Positions 1 to 12,783 of a stretch of 64,000 nucleotides of DNA are shown here, piece after piece. Within the stretch, counting starts at the first letter, position 1. Every line of letters starts with the position of its first letter. This DNA comes from Eledone cirrhosa (Eukaryota). Where the stretch lies: NCBI GenBank assembly GCA_964016885.1, contig OZ024740.1:426870001-426934000 (forward strand), written 5' to 3'. The notes under the pieces were generated by a model, which ran no database searches, had not been told where the DNA came from, and was given only the letters and a program-made list of their open reading frames with translations. Made by a program: the position numbers and the translations under genes.

Positions 1-1
1 A

Positions 2-697
2 GTGTATAGAGGAGCCAGAACCAAATGGGAAAAAATGGTAAATAATGACATAAATGGGACCTGCCCCTTGTATAGGAGCAAATTTTGGAATAAAATAGAA
101 AGAACTAGGAACAAGACTAATAGAATAAACTCATGGTATGATAGCAATAAATACCAGAGTGTAATGTTCATCGATACAACCCCTAGAGGCGAACTAGCCT
201 ACAAATTTAGAAGGGCCCTAAATAAACATAAACTCAATATTAAGATAGTAGAAAGACCAGGTACCTCCGTAAAAACACTTATCAGCACGACATACCCTTT
301 TCAAAGACCCTCATGTATATATAAGAAATGTATAACCTGTAAAATAAGCCCCCATATTAACTGTAAAACTAGAAATGTAGTGTATAGCATAAGATGTACT
401 GAAGGACAATGTAGAAACCAAAATATAGTGAACATAGGTGAGACAGCTCGTAGTATAGGAGAACGGATAAATGAACACTGGCGAGACCTTCAAGATAATA
501 AAGAATCATCTGTACTCTACCAACATGCTAAGATAGAACACAAGGGTAAATTAGAGAACATAGAAATAAAAATAGAATCTACACACAGAAAAGATGCAAT
601 GTTTAGACAAATTACAGAGGCAATAAACATAAAAGAATTACAACCAAAATTAAATAGAAAATATGAGTGGAACAGCAACATCACAACTTACAATTAA
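2..697 (+). pseudogene. Penelope-like element ORF, C-terminal linker + GIY-YIG endonuclease (runs off window start)
   Basis: ORF has Cys-rich linker (C..KC.TC...C), NVVYSIRC...NIGETARSIGERINEH and RQITEAINI...PKLN, the PLE GIY-YIG motifs. Confidence 0.9.
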
Positions 698-909
698 GGA
701 CAAAATGAAAACACACACACACATAGAACAAACAACCAACCAATAACATGTAAATAAATAAATAAATAAACAAATAGATAAATGAACATAAACACACACA
801 GACACCCGGATGTGGCGCATGCGCAAACTGAGCACACAACACACACACAGAAACAAAATGGCGTAGGACAGAACAAAGGAGAGGCACAGAAACAAAGAAA
901 GGAATCCCC

Positions 910-954
910 AGTCACTGAAGAGGTCACAGAGTGTGTGACGAAATGACTATGACT
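910..954 (+). ncRNA. minimal type I hammerhead ribozyme candidate in PLE 3' region
   Basis: agtca-CTGAAGA-g-gtcac(agagtgt)gtgac-GAAA-tgac-TA-tgact; stems I and II pair, stem III poor. Confidence 0.55.
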
Positions 955-1168
955 ATATATAAACAACTATCTGGTTGTGGAACCAACCAACCAACCAGAA
1001 ATTTATAAATTTATAAATTTGTAAATTTATAAATATATAATGAATTGAAGTGAAAGCAACTGGTGCGTGTGTTTCTTATTGGCAAAATGACCCTCCCAAA
1101 GTATAACACTATCGGTTTCAACACACGATTTCAGATAAAGAATCTTGCCAAACAAATTCAGAAACGAA

Positions 1169-1213
<45 letters not shown>

Positions 1214-1325
1214 TAGTAATAATATTAAATTTGAAGACTAAAATCCAAAGAGGGCTCGATAAGGATAAATATATATCAAATATATAAGAACCGTAGAGCA
1301 AATATTTATTAAAATAACAGATTAA

Positions 1326-1376
1326 AGTTTAAGCAAAGAATCGCTGCTTTCACCCTTAACGGGATCTTCTGAAACT
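1326..1376 (-). ncRNA. type I hammerhead motif, CAGAAGA core variant (left arm)
   Basis: minus strand: agttt-CAGAAGA-tccc(gttaa)gggt-GAAA-gca(gcgattctt)tgc-TT-aaact. Confidence 0.6.
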
Positions 1377-2303
1377 AACAAAGTTAATCTGTAAACGCAG
1401 AATTGGATATTTCAAAAAACGTTGCAACCGGAGGAAGACAGGAAGATGATACTTTGGTTCGTGGAAACGTTCCCTGGCAAAGAACGGGGAAAAAACGAAT
1501 ATAATACGTCATTAATAGGAGCGGTGAAAAGCAATTACGCGCAAAGACAGAACCATGTTTATTGTATAAAAGAGGTCGTAGACTAATGTTCTCTTAGGTG
1601 GTGCATAGAGACGTTCTCTGGTAATGAACGAAAAAACGAAGATAATACGTCATATGTGGAGCGTGGAGAACAATAGCACGCAAAGACAAAACCACGTAAA
1701 TGGTATAACAGAATTCGTAGACTAAATTCTAACTAGCAGACCGAATGAATCTCCGCTACAGAGTTAAGAACAAAGTAAATAAATACAATACAGAAGTAAT
1801 AGAAATAAATAAATACAAACACGCAAACAAATACGTACATACACAAGCATACGCAAAAACTTACCATAGGTAAACAAAACCACGCACATATAAATATGTG
1901 TGTGTGTGTAAGCGTGTCTACAAATAAATAAATAATTATATAAACGTATATAAATAAATAAATACGTATATAACAAACGCACACACATACCTACATGTAA
2001 ATACACGAATGTTCGGAGACGTAAGTCAACCAAAACATGAAGTACACATATACACACGCCCTACATACGTACGAACCTGCATACTCACACAGACGCAAAA
2101 CTCCCGTATACACATAGAACCATATGGACCAGAAATATAAAAAAATTATACGCCATAGCAATCAAATATACGTACGCGAAAGTATACGTACCTTCACAAA
2201 ACATACGGATAATATATACTTACCTACGCAAATAAGTAAAGGTATAAACAAAAATATACTTAGCTCCCACATCGAGACGTAAACTGTCTACGTATAGATC
2301 GAA

Positions 2304-2837
2304 CTATCCGTTAGGGTATAACGTGGGGCTGTAATACAGGAAAGTTTTGTGCAATTTATGTTTACAAGCCGAAATTGCCACAGATTTTTTGTTTAAGATG
2401 TGGTCTGTGGCGTAGAGTATTTCCAGGGCCTCAGCGGCGCAGAGGTCACATGATCTTTTATTTCCGTTATACGATCTAGCCCTAGCTAGGTTTTCCCAGT
2501 GTAACTTATATTGGGTGTAGTTGTCTTTTAGACTCCAGATATAAGCTGAAAGTGACGTCATATTCCTTCTAAGAGGGTAACGAAAAGAATGGGTATGCAT
2601 GTAAAGACGCTGCTTGAATCTATTGGCAGTTAACCCTATGTAGACCCTACGGGACGTGGGTGTTACAACCTTACATTTGTAGACAATGTTACTAGAGAGG
2701 CAATTCCCGGATAGGGGGCAATCAACCCGATTCCTACTATTACAGTTAGTACTAACTACAGGGTTGCACGTGTTCCTACGGCTAGGTAGTTTAGCTAAAT
2801 TTGAAGCTGTGATGTTATGTGCAAGGTTAGGAGTCAT
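2304..2837 (-). pseudogene. Penelope GIY-YIG endonuclease domain, 5'-truncated
   Basis: CNSRNRVDCPLSGNCLSSNIVYKCKV...VYIGLTANRFKQRLYMH...CDLCAAEALEI...LNK. Confidence 0.9.
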
Positions 2838-3771
2838 AGAGTGGATATTTTACGTATTGATGTGGTAGCTAAGTATATGTTATGTTTATACCATTACTTA
2901 TTTGCATAGATATGTATATATTACCTGTATGTTTTGTGAAGGTACGTATACTTTCTCGTACGTATATTTGATTGTATATGTTATGGCGTATATTTTTATA
3001 TATTCTAGTACATATGCTTTTGGTTATGTGTATACGGGTGTTTTGCGTCTGTGTGAGTATGCCGGTTCGTACGTATGTTGGGTGTGTGTATATGTGTACT
3101 TCATGTTTTGGTTGACGTACGTCTCCGAACATTTGTGTATTTACATGTAGGTATGTGTGTGCGCTTGTTATATACGTATTTATTTATTTATATACGTTTA
3201 TTCAATTACTTATTTATTTGTATACACGCACACACACACGCACATATTTATATGTGCGTGGTTTTGTATATCTATGGCGAGTGTTTTCGCGTATGCTTGT
3301 GTATGTACGTATTTGGATGCATGTATGTATTTATTTAATATCAATTACCTCTGTATTGTATTTTATTTACTTTTTTCTTAATTCTGAAGCGGATAATCAT
3401 TCGGTTTCCTAGTTAGAATTTTAGTCTACGACTTCAGCTATACCGTTTACGTGGTTTTGTCTTTGCGTGTAATTGTTCTCCACGTTCCACATATGACGTA
3501 TTATCTTCGTTTTTTTCCGTTCATTGCCAGAGAACGTCTCTATGAACCACCTAAGAGAACATTAGTCTACGACTTCTTTTATACCATAAACGTGGTTCTG
3601 TCTTTGCGTGTAATTGTTTTTCACCGCTCCTATTAATGACGTATTATATTCGTTTTTTCCCCGTTCTTTGCCAGGGAACGTTTCCACGAACCAAAGTATC
3701 GTCTTCCTGTCTTCCTCCGGTTGCAACGTTTTTTGAAATATCCAATTCTGCGTTTACAGATTAACTTTGTT

Positions 3772-3822
3772 AGTTTCAGAAGATCCCGTTAAGGGTGAAA
3801 GCAGCGATTCTTTGCTTAAACT
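3772..3822 (+). ncRNA. type I hammerhead motif, CAGAAGA core variant (right arm)
   Basis: agttt-CAGAAGA-tccc(gttaa)gggt-GAAA-gca...tgc-TT-aaact. Confidence 0.6.
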
Positions 3823-3929
3823 TTAATCTGTTATTTTAATAAATATTTGCTCTACGGTTCTTATATATTTGATATATATTTATCCTTATCGAGCCCTCTT
3901 TAGATTTTAGTCTTCAAATTTATTATTAT

Positions 3930-3990
<61 letters not shown>

Positions 3991-3991
3991 T

Positions 3992-4194
3992 GTAACGAAG
4001 GAAGTGTGGTAAGGAACTAGTTGGACCATAACGCACAAGACACAAGAGTACTCAATATTTTGGGTAGTAGGTAATAGGAAAATGTTCAAGACCCAGACGG
4101 CAGAGCTGAAGCCGTTTCGACGGTTATTTCTGCAGTCCAAAAATAGCCGTCGAAACGGCTTGAGCTCTGCCGTTGGGGTCTTGAAGATTTTCCT
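3992..4194. repeat. short PLE-like terminal fragment with fold-back (arms ~4076-4129 / ~4141-4194); related copy ~5142-5269
   Basis: direct reading of inverted arms; shared ggaccataacgcacaag...gagtactcaata with the 5142 copy; lies between (TA)n tracts. Confidence 0.7.
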
Positions 4195-4725
4195 ATATAT
4201 ATATATATATGAATAAATTTAGTCCTTCTTCAGTGATCTGCCAACCTTCATTTGTATTTCATCGCTTTAAAGGCCATATTCCTCCGATTGGTGCGAGCAA
4301 CGGCTAAAGAAAGTCGTTGGGACACGTAAATAGGGGGAACGAGCGAGACTGTAAACAATCAAAGATGGTAATGCAACGAAAAATGATAGGAAAAGAGTCA
4401 GGACCCCGACGGTTGAGCTCCGGCCGTTTCAACATATATATATATATATATACTCTGGACTGTAATGTATTGACATAACCGCTCTATCGAATGCATTGTG
4501 ATTGACTATTCCCTTCATATAATATATTTATGTTTTCCAAATATGACCATCAGCAGTGAAACACATATCTGCCATATTCCGTGTGTTTCTGTCCATTCTT
4601 TCATTTCCAGAGGTAATTAGCTATTATTTAGAGATATCAACTATTAAGTGTAGATATCTATATGTGTCGGATTCCCTACAAGCTAAAATAATTTCAAATT
4701 TTGAACTTCCCTAATCCTTCGTAAA

Positions 4726-4860
<135 letters not shown>

Positions 4861-5060
4861 TTATATAATATAATGGAAGTAGCTGTTGAAATGGCAAGAG
4901 CTCAGCCTTCAGGTCCCGACTCTTTCTAATATATAATCCGCCTGTTTGTCATGTTCTTGTAATAAACAGGCGAAACTCCAAACTATTCAGCCTTTATAAA
5001 ATGAATATTAAAACTACTTCGGTATTGTGTACTTCTTTCTCTCAGCGGTCAACCACATAC

Positions 5061-5131
<71 letters not shown>

Positions 5132-5314
5132 CGTATATATATAACGAAGGAGTTGTGGTAAGGAACCAGATGGACCATAACGCACAAGAGTACTCAATAC
5201 TTAGGGTAGTAGAGTGGGTAATAGGAAAATGTATTTGGACTAGTCCAGAAATAGCCGTCGAAACTGCCGTCGGGGTCATATATTTTCCTATATATATATA
5301 TATACATATATATA

Positions 5315-5373
<59 letters not shown>

Positions 5374-5470
5374 AAATGAAGTAATTCCGTCGGAAAAGTC
5401 CAGGAAAAAGAGTGCTCTATATAGGTAACAGAGCTTAATAGTTATGTAACAAACAACATAATGCAATTAT

Positions 5471-5530
5471 TTCATTTACCAGTGGTTTCTTAAAAGCAAA
5501 AGAAATGTTGCTTTCAATCATAAGAATGAA
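5471..5530 (-). ncRNA. hammerhead motif, mutated core CTTATGA
   Basis: ttcatt-CTTATGA-ttgaaagcaa...ttgcttttaa-GAAA-ccactgg-TA-aatgaa. Confidence 0.6.
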
Positions 5531-5619
5531 AAATTCCTGGCGTATTTATTGACGATGGATTTTAAAAAACTTAAAAAAATTTTTTTTAAATCCAACGTGA
5601 ATAAATACGCCAGGATTTT

Positions 5620-5678
5620 TTCATTATGATGATTGAAAGCAAATTTTTTTTGCTTTTAAGAAACCACTGGTAAATGAA
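5620..5678 (+). ncRNA. hammerhead motif, mutated core ATGATGA
   Basis: ttcatt-ATGATGA-ttgaaagcaaa...tttgcttttaa-GAAA-ccactgg-TA-aatgaa; the two arms reconstruct CTGATGA. Confidence 0.65.
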
Positions 5679-5704
5679 ATAATTGCCTTATGTTGTTTAT
5701 TACA

Positions 5705-5768
<64 letters not shown>

Positions 5769-5921
5769 TATGACCATTCTTCAAGAGAATACTCGATATT
5801 TCGGATAGTAGAGTATGGCCTGTGTGTTAATGTATATGTGATAGGAAAGAAATGTTGGTGGTATAGCTAAAGGTAGAACACGTTTGATCAAAGGTCTGCT
5901 TGATAGGAAATCACCATCATA

Positions 5922-6456
5922 CGAGGAGGCTTCAACAAGTTCAGGGGAAAAGTACATAGCTAAAAGTCATATGCAAGGATTTTGATTTCAATGCACCTGT
6001 ACGTTTTCAAACTAACGTATCATAACATTTTCTAACATAAACCCTTATATGCATGTTCCAACGTGGTGACGTCATTCGGAAGTCAGCACCCACTCAACTA
6101 ACATGGCCTCAATCAAAACATCAAATTCATTGTGAAGTTAGGGCCAAAGAGAAACTAAATCACTGACGCTCTGGTGCACGTTTTATGGGGCCAATTCCCA
6201 AAAGAAATCAACAACCTACAAATGGATGAATCGTTTTAAAAGTGGAAGAGATGAGGTTGAAAAGGTAAAAAAAAGCTGCTTTGACATGGTTTAAACCGCA
6301 TGACCCTCAGTTTAACACAGCTGGACTTAAAGACTGGTATCAATGCTTGCAGAAGTGCATTGACCTAGATGGAACATATGGTAAAAAATAAACATCATAA
6401 CTTAAACCGTTTTTTTCCAACTCTCTTTCTTCCACGAACTTTTTGAAGTTCCTTCG
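5922..6456 (+). mobile_element. internally deleted mariner transposon (Hsmar2/irritans-like)
   Basis: imperfect TIRs cgaggaggcttcaacaagttc / gaactttttgaagttccttcg flanked by TA; remnants NIKFIVKLG...TYKWMNRFKSGRDEVE joined to ...WYQCLQKCIDLDGTYGKK*. Confidence 0.85.
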
Positions 6457-6903
6457 TATAATAGCAAAAATATTTTTTAAAAAACGCCAAGTGGGAAAAA
6501 AATAAATTCAACCATATAGGTAAAAAGTGGGTAGAGACATAGGAAAGAGTGAAGAATGTATGAGAAAATGTAAAGAACGATGAAAGGTAGAACATAATGG
6601 AAGAGTGTGATAGAGAGAGAGAGGGAATGACGGATAAAAAGAAGTGAGAAAGAGTTCTGAAGGTGGTAGAAAGATGAATGAACCGGAAATTACTTGGGAG
6701 ATTGGTAGTCTGCGGTGACTGGAGTAAATATCTCGTTGAAATAAAATACAAGCAATATCGATTCCCAATGTTACACATACCACCAGATATTGGATAGTTT
6801 ATTACGATCTAAATTACGACATGCCCTTACTGAAATATATAGACAGAGAAATAAACTAACATATGCACATACATAGAGATTCATGCATACGCTCACACCA
6901 CCT

Positions 6904-7090
<187 letters not shown>

Positions 7091-7203
7091 CTGAAGTGGA
7101 TGTTTAAAATACCACTGTACATAAAACATTTTCACAGTGACTGCATGTACACTCAATTAATGTGAACAGAATGCAATATATATATTTATATATATATATA
7201 TAT

Positions 7204-7411
7204 AGTAATAATAATAAATGTGAAGACAAAAATACAAAGAGGGCTCGATAAGGATAACTATATATCAAATATATAAGAAACCTAGAGCAAATATTTATTA
7301 AAATAACAGATTAAAGTTTAAGCAAAGAATCGCTGCTTTCACCCTTAACGGGATCGTCTGAAGATCCAGTTAAGGGTGAAAGTAGCGATTTTTTGCTTAA
7401 ACTTTAATCTG
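7204..7411. mobile_element. short fold-back copy of the terminus of the 1214-3933 PLE family
   Basis: 7204-7360 matches 1214-1371; then folds back (ggatc gtctgaa gatcc) for ~50 bp. Confidence 0.85.
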
Positions 7412-7455
7412 TGTTGAAGAGATTTTTTTAGTGAAATTTCAAACATTTAATTATT

Positions 7456-7495
7456 TACAATACCGGTTTCAGCATTAAATGCATTGTCAATTACG
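7456..7495 (-). ncRNA. minimal hammerhead candidate with U3-A8 core
   Basis: gtaa-TTGACAA-tgcat(tta)atgct-GAAA-ccgg-TA-ttgt; stem I weak. Confidence 0.45.
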
Positions 7496-7684
7496 GATAA
7501 GCAGAATATTGTTAAGTTGCATATTCGTACAAATAGTGAAAATAATTATAATAACAAAAAAAAAAAAAGGGTAGAGTGGAATAAAAGTTAATTTTCACAT
7601 ACGTGCTCCTTCAGAGAAGAAAGTCAATTTGTCTGTCCATCCTTCTCTGCTAATGGCATTGTGTTCACACACACACACACACAT

Positions 7685-7718
<34 letters not shown>

Positions 7719-8213
7719 GTTAAATAAATTAGTTCAATTATATTACATCTTAAAAACTCAAATAATATATAGGTTAAAAGCTATAAATGTAGAGATTCAT
7801 TTTCCAAAATTATATTTAGGAGTAAAATGTTACGGTATATTAAATACAAAAAATATATTTAATATAAAAATGTAATATCATCTATAAATTCATGATTACA
7901 CCGTGAATTCGTTCCGGCAAAGAAGTAGATATTAATTAAGATAATTGCTTAATAAATGAAGACGCCGTAAACTGATGAGTAAGTAATGTCTTAAAACATA
8001 CTTTTTGACTTTTAGTAAAAAATTACCAATGAAATGTCTTGTGTTGGTATATGACTAGACAGCAAAAACCATCTCTCAGCAAAAAGACACATTAATATTA
8101 TAAATAAAGTTCTGTGTTTCAGTTTCAAAACTGTAGGTCTGATGATAAAAGTGAGAGGTTAAAAGTGAAGCTAGAAATAGACCCATCAAAATCATCTTTC
8201 TGTCAATCTTTGT

Positions 8214-8348
<135 letters not shown>

Positions 8349-8604
8349 TATATAAATGAAAATACAGAAATTAATGTGAGCAAGAAGCCAAGAGTATTTC
8401 ATAATATATAAGTGACTATAACGTCAAAATGGAAAATAATTAACGTAAGATATGGGAAAATAATTCAAACTCAATTAAAAAAAAATCAAGACAGTAATTT
8501 TATCCAGAGATTTTGTGAAATCCAGGAAAAAAAACAAATAGAGTCTTAACTCAGAATAAAATAAAGTTTAAATACTCATCCTTCAATTTGGAAAAACTAC
8601 AAAC

Positions 8605-8684
8605 GCTCTATATAGTCTAAAAAGACTATTTCACGAATCTTTTCAGTGGGATTAGTCACGGTTGGAGTCGTTCATCAGTAGAGC
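8605..8684 (-). ncRNA. complete type I hammerhead ribozyme
   Basis: gctcta-CTGATGA-acgactc(25-nt loop)gattcgt-GAAA-tagtct(tttt)agacta-TA-tagagc. Confidence 0.85.
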
Positions 8685-9233
8685 TCAAAACACGATAACC
8701 AGACACCACTGCTAAAATATGCCAGAAAGGGAATTTAAAAGCAGGCTAGTTCACCTCGTACGGAATTATGAAAATAAACACACACGGAGAACATGGCTGG
8801 TGGCGTCAGAATGAGACGAATGTCTGTTTACAAGAAACAGCAGTCAAAACATTCGAAAAAAAACTCAACAAAAATGTATGAAGTTCAGCATATAGCCATA
8901 TTATCGCGGTTTTTAAAAAAAAAGACCGGGATTAGTCACAAATAATCTTAAGCACACTAGGAAAAGTTCCGAGTATAAATATAAATGAAAATAGAGAAAT
9001 TAATGTGAGCAAGAAGCCAACAGTATTTCATAATATATAAGTGACTATAACGTCAAAATGAAAAATATTTAACGTAAGATATGGGAAAATAATTCAAACT
9101 CAATTAAAAAAAAAATCAAGACAGAAATTTTATCCAGAGATTTTGTGAAATCCAGGTAAAAAACCAATAGAGTCTTAACTCAGAATAAAATAAAGTTTAA
9201 ATACTCATCCTTCAATTTGGAAAAACTACAAAT

Positions 9234-9314
9234 GCTCTATATAGTCTTAAAAAGACTATTTCACGAAACTTTTCAGTGGGATTAGTCACGGTGTGAATCG
9301 TTCATCAGTAGAGC
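9234..9314 (-). ncRNA. complete type I hammerhead ribozyme (second copy)
   Basis: gctcta-CTGATGA-acga...tcgt-GAAA-tagtctt(ttt)aagacta-TA-tagagc. Confidence 0.82.
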
Positions 9315-9401
9315 TCAAAACACGATAACCAAAAACCACTGCTAAAATATGCCAGAAAGGGAATTTAAAAGCAGGCTAGTTCACCTCGTGTTGTGTTATT
9401 A

Positions 9402-9450
<49 letters not shown>

Positions 9451-9453
<3 letters not shown>

Positions 9454-10332
9454 CCTAACATTATTTGTCTAAGCGGACAGTACTTGATTTAGGAGTCGCA
9501 GAAACACAAATGGTGGATTTTACCAACCATCCAGGGGTCCGGGTAAATTTTTTCAATCAAATATTTTTTTATTTGTTTGACCCGAATTACTTGGTCGTTT
9601 CTATGACTGTGCGGATGACGGTTTAACCATCGTCTCAGTGTGTTTGGCCGTTAACGTATGTTGTAGCTCTGGTTCGTCAGAATTATTGAGCGTTTGCCAG
9701 ACATCTCGGAAGTTGTTTTTCGCTAATTCCAAAGCCCAAATACGATTCTCGCTAATTTATATTTGTATTAATCTCCAGAGTCTAGCTATTGACCAGTTAA
9801 TTTTCTTGATTTGTTTAGTTGATTCTATTGACTGATGAATAGCTTTTGTTAACTTATAACCATTCTGTTGAGAGCTTAATTCGTTTTGTGATATTTTGCA
9901 TTTTTGCAATAATATACACATACTGAATTTCATTCGCCAAAAATAAGGGTTGCCTCCCTTGTCGAGCCCACGGGGGTATCGGTAACGGTCATTCCTTCGC
10001 CTGGCACTTGAACTAAAACCTGTTGAGAAAGTGACTTCCTTGTTCAATCATCTTACCAGAAGCCTAACATTATTTGTCTAAGCGGACAGTATTTGATTTA
10101 GGAGTCGCAGAAACCCAAATGCTGGATTTTACCAACCAACCGGGTAAATTTTTTCAATCACATATTTTTTTTATTTGTTTGACCCGAATTACTTGGTCGT
10201 TTATATGTGTGTTTGGCCTTTAACGTATGTTGTAGCTCTGGTTCGTCAGAATTATTGAGCGCTTGCCACACATCTCGGAAGTTGTTTTTCGCTAATTCCA
10301 AAGCCGAAATACGATTCTCACTAATTTATATT

Positions 10333-10337
<5 letters not shown>
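9451..10337 (-). mobile_element. decayed PLE-like 3' end in partial tandem (~610-bp unit)
   Basis: aagcctaacattatttgtctaagcggacag at 9451 and 10060; minus-strand remnants RYRYP...GGNPYF(G)E, KAIHQ...INWSIAR, WALE resemble a broken GIY-YIG. Confidence 0.55.
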
Positions 10338-10380
<43 letters not shown>

Positions 10381-10382
<2 letters not shown>

Positions 10383-10514
10383 TAGTAACACAACAGTTAG
10401 TTCACCATACCGAGAATAAATGTTTCACCTTAGCGGATCTTCAGTCCGAGCTGAAGATCCGCTAAGGTGAAACAATTGTTCTCGGTATGATGAACTAACT
10501 GTTGTGTTACTATT
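10381..10514. repeat. fold-back inverted repeat (~64-bp arms) centred on the 5' end of a hammerhead
   Basis: 10381-10444 is the reverse complement of 10451-10514. Confidence 0.9.
10446..10485 (+). ncRNA. minimal type I hammerhead with palindromic stem III
   Basis: ccgag-CTGAAGA-tcc(gctaa)ggt-GAAA-caattg-TT-ctcgg. Confidence 0.8.
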
Positions 10515-10648
10515 TCTACCAAACTCGTCCCATGGACTGAGTACTACGGATATTACCTTCCAGTGTTCTACCTACCTATATATATGTATATATATATATA
10601 TTATCAAGAAAACGAAAAATCAGTGTTGCATCTGGACTTAGTTTATTT

Positions 10649-10739
10649 CGTGTTACAAATGTTTCGCCGGCATGTAGCTCGAGTCATGGTCCTTGTATGG
10701 ATCTGGCTGATTCTACTTCTGCGGGTTCTTTCAGACACG
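10649..10739 (-). ncRNA. hammerhead motif, degenerate (extra A in core, long stem II)
   Basis: cgtgt-CTGAAAGA-acccgcagaagtag...ctacatgccggc-GAAA-catttg-TA-acacg. Confidence 0.5.
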
Positions 10740-10776
10740 TCTGTTATGTCCTGAGCAAATTTTATTATATATCTAT

Positions 10777-12783
10777 CTAAGGCGGGTAAAATTCCCGAGA
10801 TCCATGGACGAGTTCTCTCCAGCGGTCTCTGTCCCTCATTATCGCTGCCATATCCTGCATCTCCAACAGACCAGTGTCTGTCCTTAGGGCATCAACATAT
10901 GTTAACCTTGGTCTTCCTCTTCTAATGTGTCCATGTAAGGGCTCCCAAAGGAGCACTGAGTGCAATGTCAACTCTGGATGTCGGTGAGCATGTCCAGCCA
11001 ACCTCAGTCTCCTCTGTGTCACTTTTGAGCTGACTTTTGGGATGCTCCCATACAGCTCTGAGTTTTTCATCCTCAGTGTATACTGATTAATGTTCAGAGC
11101 CATCCTCAGCATTCTCGTGTAGCACCCATCCACCATCTGAGTGAGTCTCTTGGTCAGTGTCCAAGTCTCAGACCCATACAGCAGCACAGACTCCACTACA
11201 GCAATGAAGAGGCGGATTTTCAGGTCTCTACGAAGGTCCGACTTCCACACCGATCTCAAGCTATGACACGCCGCCCAGGCCTTGTTCTTCCTCTCAACCA
11301 CATCATCTTCCGTATTCCCAATCTTTGCTCCCAAATACAGGAAATTCTCAACCAATTCCAGCGGCTTCCCGCCTACATTAGTGATCCCCTCTGGCTTCTC
11401 AACATTCTCTACCAGATATTTTGTTTTAGTCTCATTCATTCTCAGCCCCACACTCATCGACACAGTCTCAACCTCCCGCATCAAATCCTCTGCCTCCTTC
11501 ACTGTATTTGTCACCAAAACTATGTCGTCGGCAAATTCAGCATCCGATACCTTTTTCGCCCCAACTCTCCTGCTCTGAGCCGGTGCTACAGTAAAGCCAG
11601 TGTCCTGGTGTTTCTCCAGTGCAAGGCGCATACAATAGTCCACTACGATGATAAAAAGGTAGGGAGCCAATGTATCTCCCTGGAGCACTCCAGCCAGTAT
11701 CTCAAAGAACTCTGTCATCCCATCAGGTGTAATGACTTGGGCTTTGGTGTTGGTGTAGAGCAGTGATATCAGGTCCACTATCCTCTTGGGGATTCCATAA
11801 GCCTGTAAGATCTTCATCAGGCAGTAACGGTCCACAGAATCAAAGGCCTTCCTAAAGTCAATGAAAACCATGACCGCAGGAAGGCACTTTGCTCTAGCTC
11901 CCTCTAATATCCTCCTCAGCATCAGGATGTGACTGGTGGTTGATCTACCCTCTCTGAAGCCGTTCTGGTTGTCCCTGAGCTTCTTCTCCATCTCAGGCTG
12001 GATCCTGTTAAGAATCATCCTGTTGAGGGTCTTTGCCACAAGTGACGTCAGTGAGATCCCCCGGTAGTTGTTGGTGTTAGAGAGATCTCCCTTCTTTGGC
12101 ACTGGGACGATGTTACTGATCCTCCATTGATTCGGGGCAACTCCTTTCTCCAGTGCCCCGTTACAGAATCCCAGGATGATATCATCAAAATCACACCTCT
12201 TCATCACCTCTGATGCCACTCCATCTTCTCCATGAGCCTTGCCCTCATTGATCTTCTTCTTGGCTCTCTGAAGCTCCTCTCTGGTGAAGGGCTCTGTCTC
12301 AACATCCATTTCCTCAAACAGCCGCCTGATCTCCCCAGTGCTCTGGGCTGTGGAGGGTGGCTCTCCTAGTAGGGTCCTAAAATGGTCTAGCCATTTCCTC
12401 TTCCTATCCTCGGGCCCCGTTCCCTGGATCTGACTCGAACACCTTTTCTTCCTCCCTGTGATCTCGTTGATGATCATCCAGCTCTCCTTACATCCAGATC
12501 TGTCAACCGCTCTCTCCACACTTCTGATCTTCTCTATCAGTGCCTCCTCTCTGACCTCAGTGTAAGCGGTACAGAGCTCTTCCCTCATCACCTCCACAGT
12601 CTCCATCCTCTCCTCCGTAGGATCCGCATAGAATTGGTCCCTGGCAGCTTTCAGGTGTTCTCTGGCTGCACACACTTTTGGGTTTGCAGAGCTGACGTGC
12701 TTCCCTTTGTTCTTTTTCCTCGGCACCAGGGTTTCACTTGCTTTCGCCACTGCATTGGTGAAGTGCCCGTACCTCCTCGTCAC
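10777..12783 (-). CDS. RTE reverse transcriptase part (downstream of frameshift)
   Basis: NYRGISL, QNGFREGRST, FIDFRKAFDSV, GVLQGDTLAPYLF, FADD, FLYLG, RRLRLAGH, RGRP. Confidence 0.9.
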   Translation of the reverse strand: MTRRYGHFTNAVAKASETLVPRKKNKGKHVSSANPKVCAAREHLKAARDQFYADPTEERMETVEVMREELCTAYTEVREEALIEKIRSVERAVDRSGCKESWMIINEITGRKKRCSSQIQGTGPEDRKRKWLDHFRTLLGEPPSTAQSTGEIRRLFEEMDVETEPFTREELQRAKKKINEGKAHGEDGVASEVMKRCDFDDIILGFCNGALEKGVAPNQWRISNIVPVPKKGDLSNTNNYRGISLTSLVAKTLNRMILNRIQPEMEKKLRDNQNGFREGRSTTSHILMLRRILEGARAKCLPAVMVFIDFRKAFDSVDRYCLMKILQAYGIPKRIVDLISLLYTNTKAQVITPDGMTEFFEILAGVLQGDTLAPYLFIIVVDYCMRLALEKHQDTGFTVAPAQSRRVGAKKVSDAEFADDIVLVTNTVKEAEDLMREVETVSMSVGLRMNETKTKYLVENVEKPEGITNVGGKPLELVENFLYLGAKIGNTEDDVVERKNKAWAACHSLRSVWKSDLRRDLKIRLFIAVVESVLLYGSETWTLTKRLTQMVDGCYTRMLRMALNINQYTLRMKNSELYGSIPKVSSKVTQRRLRLAGHAHRHPELTLHSVLLWEPLHGHIRRGRPRLTYVDALRTDTGLLEMQDMAAIMRDRDRWRELVHGSREFYPP

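Larger units (their letters stand above)
1214..3933. mobile_element. Penelope-like element with ~1.07-kb inverted arms around a GIY-YIG fragment, inserted in (TA)n
   Basis: ~1214-2283 is the reverse complement of ~2848-3933; spacer encodes GIY-YIG on minus; (TA)n on both outer sides. Confidence 0.88.
5438..5711. repeat. fold-back inverted repeat (~130-bp arms), PLE terminal-repeat remnant
   Basis: ~5438-5570 is the reverse complement of ~5580-5711; each arm holds a hammerhead motif. Confidence 0.85.

Noticed and set aside
1214-3933. DNA transposon with long TIRs
   Set aside because: Cargo is a PLE GIY-YIG, arms hold hammerheads and there is no DDE transposase; fits an inverted PLE
7981-8010. 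CTGATGAG...taag/ctta hammerhead-like core
   Set aside because: No GAAA and no stem I partner
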